Notes: generated by a model not told the origin, from the letters alone. A DNA stretch of 7,091 bases from an uncultured Gammaproteobacteria bacterium (GCA_964617525.1 CAZTWG010000033.1:1-7091); one strand, 5' to 3'. Shown: positions 1 through 6,431, counted from the first letter of the stretch. Translations and numbers: made by a program.

Positions 1-744
1 GTTTATGACCGTGCATTGTCAGAACCAGAGATTACTGCTCTATATGCCAAGGGCAGGAGCGGGAGTTCGGTCGGGACGTCAACTACTAATTTAAATAAAG
101 GATTAGTTTTTGACATGCCTTTAACTAAAGCATATACAAAAAAGGATGATATTGTTGGTTCAGAAATAATGGCGGATACAACTCCTTATGGGAATGATGG
201 GCAGAATTATGGGGCTACAGTTGGGGATGATTATACCTCATTCAACGGAACTAGTGATTATGTCGGAAATACAGCTTTTAATATTGGTTCTGATCCTATA
301 TTTTCAATATCAATGTGGATAAAACGTACTGCCGATTTTAGTGGTGGTGGGTATTGGGGTTTGGGTGGTGGTTCTTATCAGAATGGAATATGTGGGTATA
401 CCCCGACAACAAATAGAATAGCAATTGATCTCTGGGGCAGAACAACATATTTAACAGATGAAATATACCCACTAAATGAGTGGGTCCATGTTGTTTGGGT
501 TAAAAATGGTGTTGGCGATTTTAACGATACTAAATTACAAATATGGGTAAATGCAATAGATGAGGCCTTAACACAAAATAGGTATTATTCAATTACACCT
601 TCTTTAGTAAGTGGCATTTCTTTCGGTCGGATATCTGCTAATTATAATGGATATAGAGCCCCCGGTCAGGTATCTAACGTCAAAATTTACAATCGGGCAT
701 TATCAGCGGCAGAGGTGAAGTTGTTGTATGATAAGGGACGGTGA
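1..744 (+). CDS. LamG / concanavalin-A-like lectin domain protein, C-terminal portion (5' end lies outside the window)
   Basis: Frame 1 is open from base 1 (VYDRALSEPEITALYAKGR...), so the TTG at 16 in the ORF track is not the true start. The Laminin_G_3-type domain-end signature occurs twice: VYDRALSEPEITALYAKGR at 1-57 and IYNRALSAAEVKLLYDKGR just before the TGA stop at 742-744. Between them is a typical jelly-roll core (FSISMWIKR ... EWVHVVWVKNG ... LQIWVNA ... ISFGR). This indicates at least two tandem LamG modules. Confidence 0.75.
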   Translation, partial: VYDRALSEPEITALYAKGRSGSSVGTSTTNLNKGLVFDMPLTKAYTKKDDIVGSEIMADTTPYGNDGQNYGATVGDDYTSFNGTSDYVGNTAFNIGSDPIFSISMWIKRTADFSGGGYWGLGGGSYQNGICGYTPTTNRIAIDLWGRTTYLTDEIYPLNEWVHVVWVKNGVGDFNDTKLQIWVNAIDEALTQNRYYSITPSLVSGISFGRISANYNGYRAPGQVSNVKIYNRALSAAEVKLLYDKGR

Positions 745-757
745 GTTATTGGAATAT

Positions 758-804
758 TTAATGCCGACCCCAGAGGAGCGCGTTCCGCTCACCACTGGGG
801 ACTT
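758..804 (+). repeat. GC-rich intergenic hairpin element, copy 1
   Basis: TTAATGCCGACCCCAGAGGAGCGCGTTCCGCTCACCACTGGGGACTT begins 14 nt after the LamG stop. It aligns without gaps to 1481-1527 at 39/47 positions. The outer stem is CCCCAG (768-773) with CTGGGG (795-800). The inner stem is GAGCG (776-780) with CGCTC (786-790) around a CGTTC loop. The core is about 70% GC in an AT-rich background. Confidence 0.7.
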
Positions 805-811
805 AGAAAAT

Positions 812-832
812 AATTAACAATTAACAATTAAT
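812..832. repeat. Tandem heptamer AATTAAC AATTAAC AATTAAT upstream of the MBL-fold gene
   Basis: Three head-to-tail 7-mers are read directly from the sequence, ending 12 nt before the ATG at 844. Function is unknown and this could be AT-rich low complexity. Confidence 0.5.
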
Positions 833-843
833 TTATTTATATT

Positions 844-1473
844 ATGCATATAACTTGGTATGGGCAGTCATGTTTTAAACTGCAAGATAATGAACAAACT
901 GTATTAGTTAATCCATCTGAACCGCGTAAGGCAGGGCTCAAGGGCCCTAATTTCAAGGCGAATGTTTTTATTTTAACTAATATAGGAGAATCTATAGACA
1001 AAAAAGTTTTAGAAAAAGATAATAGTTTTTTGATTTCTGGCCCAGGAGAGTATGAAGTGAACAAAATTTTTGTTTATGGAGTGCCAGTGAAAAAAGATGG
1101 TCAGGCAAAGTCGGTCGTTTATCAAGTTACTATGAATGACATTAGGTGCGGGATTTTGGGTCAGCTTAAGTATTTACCCTCTGGAGAAGAACTAGACAAA
1201 TTAGATGGAGTTGATGTTTTGTTTGTTCCAATAGGAGGGAAAGATACTCTTAGTGCTGAGAAAGCAGTGGAATTAATTAATTCTATTGAACCACAGATTG
1301 TCATCCCTTGTTGTTATAACATTCCCGGACTTAATTTTACTCCAGATTCTTTGGAAAAGTTTTTAAAAGAAATGGGGGTTAAACCTATTGAAACTTTATC
1401 TAAATTATCTATAAAAAAGAAAGATTTGTTAAGTCAGGGGGAAACTAAAGTTGTAGTGTTGGAAAGTAATTGA
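844..1473 (+). CDS. MBL-fold (Lactamase_B_3 / UPF0173-like) protein, apparently lacking the metal-binding motif
   Basis: The 209-aa ORF has an N-terminus MHITWYGQSCFKLQ...VLVNP matching the family pattern M-x-I-T-W-L-G-H-S/A-C-F...IDP. It also has GPGEYEV, DVLFVPIGG..TLSAEKAVELINSIEPQIVIP and a C-terminal FLKE segment in the expected order. The HxHxDH position reads TNIGESID (976-999). Confidence 0.6.
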   Translation: MHITWYGQSCFKLQDNEQTVLVNPSEPRKAGLKGPNFKANVFILTNIGESIDKKVLEKDNSFLISGPGEYEVNKIFVYGVPVKKDGQAKSVVYQVTMNDIRCGILGQLKYLPSGEELDKLDGVDVLFVPIGGKDTLSAEKAVELINSIEPQIVIPCCYNIPGLNFTPDSLEKFLKEMGVKPIETLSKLSIKKKDLLSQGETKVVVLESN

Positions 1474-1480
1474 TTTTATA

Positions 1481-1527
1481 TTAATGCTGATCCCAGCGGA
1501 ACGCGTTCCGCTCATCAATAGGGATTT
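1481..1527 (+). repeat. GC-rich intergenic hairpin element, copy 2
   Basis: TTAATGCTGATCCCAGCGGAACGCGTTCCGCTCATCAATAGGGATTT begins 8 nt after the MBL-fold gene stop. It contains a perfect 18-bp palindrome AGCGGAACGCGTTCCGCT (1495-1512), flanked by ATCCC (1490-1494) and GGGAT (1521-1525). It is 39/47 identical to copy 1. Both copies are followed by AGAAAATAA (805-813 and 1534-1542). Confidence 0.7.
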
Positions 1528-1560
1528 CAAAAGAGAAAATAAAAAATAAATAAATAAAAA

Positions 1561-4044
1561 ATGAAAAAAGAAAAAAAAGATATTGTTGAGGGAAGTATTG
1601 AAGAAAATAATGAAAGAGGCGTAGAGCCTGTGGATTTAGAAGAAGAAGTTAAATCTTCATATATAGATTATGCTATGAGTGTTATAGTCGCTCGTGCTTT
1701 ACCAGATGTAAGAGATGGATTAAAACCAGTTCATCGTCGTATTCTTTATGCTATGCATGACATGGGACTAAGACACAACTCCAAACACAGAAAATCAGCT
1801 ACAGTGGTTGGTCGTGTGCTTGGAAGCTTTCATCCGCATGGCGACCAGGCGATTTATGATTCTATGGTTAGGTTGGCGCAAGATTTTTCTTTGAGATATC
1901 CTTTAGTGGACGGACAAGGAAATTTTGGAAGTATCGATGGAGACAAAGCTGCTGCTCACAGATACACAGAAAGCAGGATGGCAAAAATTACTTCTGAAAT
2001 GTTAGTTGACATTGATCAAGATACAGTCGATTTTGTTCCTAATTATGATGGTACAACTAAGGAGCCATCAGTTTTACCAGCCAAAATTCCTAATTTACTT
2101 ATTAATGGTTCAATGGGGATTGCTGTTGGTATGGCCACTAACATCCCTCCTCATAATTTAACAGAAGTTTGTGATGCAACGATTTATAAGATAGATAATC
2201 CAGACTGTGATATTGAAGAATTACTTCAATTTATTAAAGGCCCTGATTTTCCAACGGGCGGTTTTATATTTGATGATAATCAAATTAAACAAGTCTATGC
2301 TTCGGGAAAGGGCCCAATTGTTATGCGTGCTAAAACAGAAATTGTTGAAAAAAAATTAGGATTTTTCCAAATTATTATCAATGAATTGCCTTATCAGGTT
2401 AACAAAGCCTCTCTTTTGCAAAAAATGGCAGAATTGGTTAAGAGTAAAAGGTTACAGAATATAAAAGACATTCGCGACGAATCAGATAAACACGGAGTTC
2501 GTATTGTTATTGAGCTGAAGAAAGGAGCGTTTCCTCAAAAAGTATTAAATCGCCTTTTTAAATTGACTGATTGTCAGCAAACTTTTCATGTTAATATGGT
2601 CTGTTTGGTAGATAAAGTCCAACCTAAGATTTTAGGTTTAAAGAGAATTTTAGAAGAATATATTAAACATAGGCAGATTGTTGTCAGGAGACGCACTCAA
2701 TATAATTTGACCAAGACTCAAGAAAGAATTCATATTTTAGAGGGTTTGCAAATAGCTATTGATAATATTAATCAAGTTATTGAATTAATTAAAAAATCTG
2801 AAAATAAAGAACAGGCTAAAAAGGGATTAATAAAGAAATTTAAGTTGACTAGTATTCAAGCCCAAGCTATTTTGGAGATTAGGCTTCATCAATTAGCTCA
2901 TCTAGAAAGACAGAAAAATAAAAATGAATTAGATGAAAAAATGAAGTTTTCTAAGGAGCTGGAAGAAATTTTATCTGAACCAAAAATGATTTTGGATATT
3001 ATCAAAAAAGAAGTAAGAGAGGTGAAAGAAACGCATGGAGACGAACGACGTACTAAAGTTATCCGTCGTGGTATTGAAAAGTTTAAAGAAGAAGATTTAA
3101 TCCCTAACGAAGCGACAGTATTGATGATTACTCAAGATGGGTATATCAAAAGAGTGGCCCCAGAAGATTTTAAAACCCAAAATCGTGGAGGAAAAGGAGT
3201 GGTTGGTTTTTCGGTAAAGGACGAAGATTCTGTTGAGCAGTTAATAACTACCATGACTCATACTGATGTTTTGTTTTTTACTACAAAAGGAAGAGTCTTT
3301 AAGCTTAAGGCATATGATGTTCCCCAGGTATCAAGAACTGCCAAAGGAAAAGCAATAGTTAATTTTTTAGAGGTTCAAGAAAATGAAAAAATATCAACTG
3401 TCTTGCCGGTGTCAGACCTTAAGAATTATAAATATTTATTCTTTGCAACAAAAAAAGGTGTTATTAAAAAAGTGGGAATTAGTTCTTTTGAAAACGTTCG
3501 TCGTTCAGGTTTAATAGCCCTGAAGCTAAGAGATGATGATATTTTAACCTGGACTAAACCTACTTCTGGAGAAGATGAAATAATTCTTGTTTCAGAAAAA
3601 GGGCAAGCTATCAGATTCAAAGAGAAGGACTTAAGACCTATGGGAAGAACAGCGTCTGGCGTGCGAGGAATTAGATTAAAAGGTGATGATTTGGTAGTTG
3701 GCGTTGAAGTTATTGTTAAATCAGAAGAAAAAAGTTCTAGGCTACTAATTGTTACCGAGAATGGTTTTGGGAAAACAACAATTATTGATAATTATCATGT
3801 TCAGGGACGTGGAGGCTCTGGGCTTAAAACAGCGAAAATAAATAAGAAGACGGGAAAAATTATTAGTTCAAGACTTATTTCCGAAAAAACAAAATTTACT
3901 GATTTATTGTTAATCTCTCAATCTGGACAAACTATTCGTTTACCTATATCCAGTGTTCCTAAATTAGCTAGGGCTACTCAAGGAGTTAGGTTAATGAGAT
4001 TTAAGGAGAGTGAAGATAAGGTTGGGTCTTTTACTTTAGTTTAG
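1561..4044 (+). CDS. gyrA: DNA gyrase subunit A
   Basis: The 827-aa ORF is collinear with E. coli GyrA through [33 protein letters not shown], the [14 protein letters not shown] (1831-1860), [10 protein letters not shown] with the catalytic Tyr at 1963-1965, and [16 protein letters not shown] GyrA-box QNRGGKG (3178-3198) opens the C-terminal beta-pinwheel, which favours gyrase over ParC. The stop is TAG at 4042-4044. Confidence 0.97.
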   Translation: MKKEKKDIVEGSIEENNERGVEPVDLEEEVKSSYIDYAMSVIVARALPDVRDGLKPVHRRILYAMHDMGLRHNSKHRKSATVVGRVLGSFHPHGDQAIYDSMVRLAQDFSLRYPLVDGQGNFGSIDGDKAAAHRYTESRMAKITSEMLVDIDQDTVDFVPNYDGTTKEPSVLPAKIPNLLINGSMGIAVGMATNIPPHNLTEVCDATIYKIDNPDCDIEELLQFIKGPDFPTGGFIFDDNQIKQVYASGKGPIVMRAKTEIVEKKLGFFQIIINELPYQVNKASLLQKMAELVKSKRLQNIKDIRDESDKHGVRIVIELKKGAFPQKVLNRLFKLTDCQQTFHVNMVCLVDKVQPKILGLKRILEEYIKHRQIVVRRRTQYNLTKTQERIHILEGLQIAIDNINQVIELIKKSENKEQAKKGLIKKFKLTSIQAQAILEIRLHQLAHLERQKNKNELDEKMKFSKELEEILSEPKMILDIIKKEVREVKETHGDERRTKVIRRGIEKFKEEDLIPNEATVLMITQDGYIKRVAPEDFKTQNRGGKGVVGFSVKDEDSVEQLITTMTHTDVLFFTTKGRVFKLKAYDVPQVSRTAKGKAIVNFLEVQENEKISTVLPVSDLKNYKYLFFATKKGVIKKVGISSFENVRRSGLIALKLRDDDILTWTKPTSGEDEIILVSEKGQAIRFKEKDLRPMGRTASGVRGIRLKGDDLVVGVEVIVKSEEKSSRLLIVTENGFGKTTIIDNYHVQGRGGSGLKTAKINKKTGKIISSRLISEKTKFTDLLLISQSGQTIRLPISSVPKLARATQGVRLMRFKESEDKVGSFTLV

Positions 4045-4142
4045 CGGAGACAGTCCGAGGAGAAAGGAAAGCAATTAATGTTGACGTCAGGCGTTCCCTG
4101 TTGCTACGTCTCGCTAGTCGCGACTATGCTTCTCCTTAACGA
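4045..4142 (+). other. GC-rich, palindrome-dense gyrA-protease spacer (possible structured RNA; may hold a divergent third copy of the hairpin element)
   Basis: It shares TTAATG (4075-4080) and GCGTTCC (4091-4097) with the elements at 758 and 1481. A hairpin pairs GACGTCAGG (4083-4091) with CCTG (4097-4100) and ACGTC (4106-4110) around a CGTTC loop. There is a perfect 12-bp palindrome TAGTCGCGACTA (4115-4126). AGGAGAA (4058-4064) is complementary to TTCTCCT (4130-4136) at long range. Confidence 0.35.
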
Positions 4143-6380
4143 ATGACGTTTATGACCATTATGATGTTTTTGAATAAAAAGAAAATTTTAATTATTTCTT
4201 CGTTGAGTATTTTTTTACTTACTTTGTTCGCATTTATTCCGCTTAACATTTCTAATTCAGGGTATAATGAACTTTTAATTAGATTTAAAAACAGGCAGGG
4301 TATCCACAAAATTCCAGTTAATCCTTTCTTTTCTAAAATAATAAGAAAAACGCTTTTTTCTTTACCTTTAGTGGATTATGTAGAGCCAAATTATTCCTTT
4401 CAAGCTGTTTTCGTCCCTACAGATTCATTCTATAGTCAACAATGGTATTTGAGCAAAATTAAAGCTCCTCAAGCATGGGATTTTACTAGAGGCGGGAATC
4501 AAGATATTGTCATTGCTATTTTGGACACAGGAGTTGACATTGACCACCCAGATTTAAAAGAAAATATATGGTTAAATAAAAATGAGATTAAGGGAGATGG
4601 GATAGATAACGATAATAATGGTTATATAGATGATTTGCACGGTTGGGATTTTGTAAGAAACACTCTTGATCCTAAGCCTAAGTTTGACGAGGACTATAAC
4701 GAAAGCGGAATTCATCATGGGACTTTAGTAGCTGGGATTGCTTCGGCAGTTGGAAATAATAACGAAGGTATTACTGGTTTAGCTTGGGGAAGTAAAATTA
4801 TGCCTCTTAGGGTTTTAAATAGTAAAGGTACGGGAAGCGTAGAACATGTTATTCGCGCTGTTCGTTATGCTATTGATAATGGAGCTAAAATTATAAATTT
4901 AAGTTTTGTAGGCACTAGCAAGAGTTTTTTTCTAGCAGAGGCATTAAAAGAAGCATGGAGAAACGGAGTGATTGTAGTAGCAGCTGCTGGGAATGAAACT
5001 GTAAATCAGCCCGTAAATCTTAATGAAAGCCCGAATTATCCCATTTGTTTAGATGATGATGATGATGATAACTTTATAATTGGAGTAGCTGCAGTAGATG
5101 ATACCGACCAAAAAGCACTTTTTTCAGATTTTGGCAGTGCATGTGTTGATGTCTCTGCGCCAGGAACTAGAATCTACGGAGCATTGGCATATAATCCGAA
5201 TTATAGTGATTATAGAGAATATTATGGTGGTTATTGGTCAGGAACCTCAATCGCCGCACCGATAGTTTCAGGTTTAGCTGCATTAACTTGGTCTGTAAAT
5301 CCCTTTTTTAGTCAGAAACAAGTTCAAGATTTTATTTTAAATCAAGCTGATAATATTGATGGTTTTAATCCAGGACTAGAGGGACAATTAGGTAAGGGGA
5401 GGGTAAATGCTTATGCTACTATTAGTTATGCCTATAGCCAGTTAGGAACATTACACCAATCTCATTATATTGTCACTGGCGCTGGCCCAGGTGGAGGACC
5501 GCATGTTCGTATTTTTGATTCAGCTGGATTGCCTTTGGGTGGGTTTTTTGCTTACGATGAAAATTTTCGTGGTGGAGTCCGAGTTGCAGCTGGGGATGTT
5601 AGTGGAGACGGTCAAGATGAAATCGTCACTGGCGCTGGCCCAGGTGGAGGACCGCATGTTCGTATTTTTAATATAAATGGTTATCCCGAGGGTGGGTTTT
5701 TTGCTTACGATGAAAATTTTCGTGGTGGAGTCAGTGTGGCTGTAGGAGATATAAATGGAGATGGTCTAGACGAAATTATTACTGCTCCTGGACCTAATGG
5801 TGATTCTCGTATTAAAGTTTTTGACATTAATGGGAACTTAAAAGCTGATTTTTTTGCTTATAATAAAAATTTCAAAGGTAAGGTTAATATTGCTATAGGA
5901 GATATAGATGGAGATGGTGTAGATGAAATCGTCACTGGCGCTGGCCCAGGTGGAGGGCCACATGTTCGTGTTTTTGATGGTCAAGGTAATCTTAAGTTTC
6001 ATTTTTTTGCTTTCAATAAGAAGTTTTTAGGTGGGGTTAATGTGGCCGTAGGAGATGTGGATGGAGACGGTCAAAATGAAATTTTAGTTAGCGTTGCTTC
6101 TAAGGCGTCTTCCTATGTTAGAGTTTTTGACTCTAAATTGCTTCTATTGCGTTTACAATTCCTAGCTTATTCTAAGGATTTTTACTATGGTTCTAATATA
6201 GCAACTGTTGATTTTGACCAAGATAATAAAGTAGAAATTATTGTAGCTCCTAATGGCTCTAGAGAACCTCAAATTAATATCTTTGATTCTTCTGGCAATC
6301 CTGTTTCTCAGTTTTATTCCTATTCCCGTCATTTTCATGGAGGAGTAAATATAACGACAATGAAGGCAAGTGACAGGTAA
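4143..6380 (+). CDS. Secreted or membrane-anchored S8 (subtilisin-like) serine protease with a C-terminal FG-GAP-like repeat domain
   Basis: The N-terminus is K-rich then hydrophobic (MMFLNKKKILIISSLSIFLLTLFAFI). An I9-like propeptide ends in VDYVEPNY. The catalytic residues are Asp in AILDTGVD (4524-4526), His in HHGTLVAG (4716-4718), oxyanion Asn in AAAGNE (4992-4994) and Ser in GTSIAAP (5247-5249). Six repeats follow, of the type F-x-A-Y-x-x-x-F-x-G-G-V-x-V-A-x-G-D-x-x-G-D-G-x-D-E-I-V-T-G-A-G-P-G-G-G-P-H-V-R-x-F. The start is uncertain: the ATGs at 4152, 4161 and 4164 are equally plausible, and 4161/4164 give a more canonical signal n-region. Confidence 0.9.
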   Translation: MTFMTIMMFLNKKKILIISSLSIFLLTLFAFIPLNISNSGYNELLIRFKNRQGIHKIPVNPFFSKIIRKTLFSLPLVDYVEPNYSFQAVFVPTDSFYSQQWYLSKIKAPQAWDFTRGGNQDIVIAILDTGVDIDHPDLKENIWLNKNEIKGDGIDNDNNGYIDDLHGWDFVRNTLDPKPKFDEDYNESGIHHGTLVAGIASAVGNNNEGITGLAWGSKIMPLRVLNSKGTGSVEHVIRAVRYAIDNGAKIINLSFVGTSKSFFLAEALKEAWRNGVIVVAAAGNETVNQPVNLNESPNYPICLDDDDDDNFIIGVAAVDDTDQKALFSDFGSACVDVSAPGTRIYGALAYNPNYSDYREYYGGYWSGTSIAAPIVSGLAALTWSVNPFFSQKQVQDFILNQADNIDGFNPGLEGQLGKGRVNAYATISYAYSQLGTLHQSHYIVTGAGPGGGPHVRIFDSAGLPLGGFFAYDENFRGGVRVAAGDVSGDGQDEIVTGAGPGGGPHVRIFNINGYPEGGFFAYDENFRGGVSVAVGDINGDGLDEIITAPGPNGDSRIKVFDINGNLKADFFAYNKNFKGKVNIAIGDIDGDGVDEIVTGAGPGGGPHVRVFDGQGNLKFHFFAFNKKFLGGVNVAVGDVDGDGQNEILVSVASKASSYVRVFDSKLLLLRLQFLAYSKDFYYGSNIATVDFDQDNKVEIIVAPNGSREPQINIFDSSGNPVSQFYSYSRHFHGGVNITTMKASDR
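5052..5069 (+). repeat. (GAT)6 trinucleotide repeat encoding a hexa-aspartate run inside the S8 domain
   Basis: gatgatgatgatgatgat is in frame and encodes D304-D309 in ICLDDDDDDNF. It lies between the oxyanion Asn and the catalytic Ser. Confidence 0.9.
5469..6377 (+). repeat. Six tandem 153-nt (51-codon) FG-GAP-like repeats within the protease CDS
   Basis: The repeats are in register at 5469, 5622, 5775, 5928, 6081 and 6234. The block ATYGTCACTGGCGCTGGCCCAGGTGGAGGRCCRCATGTTCGTRTTTTT recurs at 5469, 5622 and 5928. A 42-nt block GGTGGGTTTTTTGCTTACGATGAAAATTTTCGTGGTGGAGTC is identical at 5538 and 5691. Repeats 5 and 6 are degenerate. Confidence 0.85.
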
Positions 6381-6431
6381 TCGGGTAATTGCGAGTTATA
6401 AAAAGATTAGTATCAAATGTCAGACGACGAA

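Noticed and set aside
340-375. G-rich tract (GGTGGTGGGTATTGGGGTTTGGGTGGTGG) as a G-quadruplex
   Set aside because: Only three runs have three or more G. The tract simply encodes the glycine-rich loop SGGGYWGLGGGS of the LamG domain.
742-810. UGA recoding, or a SECIS-like hairpin downstream of the stop
   Set aside because: Both clear element copies follow a TGA stop and are in frame with the upstream ORF, so read-through would add ...NADPRGARSAHH... and ...NADPSGTRSAHQ. Two matching phases is roughly a 1-in-3 coincidence. A LamG C-terminus ending in KGR is a natural domain end (see the previous module). These protein families are not selenoproteins, and the third element is out of frame behind a TAG. 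It would be worth revisiting only if selA/selB/selC are found in the genome.
761-817. Short ORFs starting at the conserved ATG of the hairpin elements (761-817, 18 aa; 1484-1549, 21 aa) as a conserved micropeptide family
   Set aside because: Between the two copies, 5 of 8 substitutions hit second codon positions and only 2 are synonymous. Neither ORF has an SD or other translation signal. The conserved core coincides with hairpin arms. A nucleic-acid-level element is the simpler explanation, though this is not fully excluded.
745-843. Integron attC sites after each ORF (a cassette-array look: co-directional ORFs each followed by an imperfect inverted repeat)
   Set aside because: There are no RYYYAAC / GTTRRRY core sites at the element borders. 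One of the supposed cassettes would be the essential gene gyrA, and no integrase or attI is present.
837-1064. 75-aa ORF on the minus strand
   Set aside because: It lies entirely antisense within the better-supported MBL-fold CDS, has no recognisable motif, and looks like a shadow ORF.
1481-1527. Hammerhead-like TGATGAG followed by a stem, on the minus strand of copy 2
   Set aside because: The motif is not conserved in copy 1 (GGTGAG). No GAAA follows the stem, and no cleavage-site helix can be drawn.
3426-3620. 64-aa ORF on the minus strand
   Set aside because: It lies antisense inside the gyrA C-terminal domain, whose frame is supported by homology along its whole length, and it has no features of its own.
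5470-5676. 68-aa plus-strand ORF in an alternate frame of the protease
   Set aside because: Its internal duplication (MSLALAQVEDRMFVFLI twice) only mirrors the 153-nt DNA repeat. The GC-rich repeat block lacks stop codons in this frame. The FG-GAP frame is the real one.
5469-6377. Diversity-generating retroelement template/variable repeat pair
   Set aside because: Differences between the near-identical repeats are not adenine-specific and cluster as whole diverged segments. There is no reverse transcriptase or accessory gene in the window, and the repeats are protein-domain repeats in phase.
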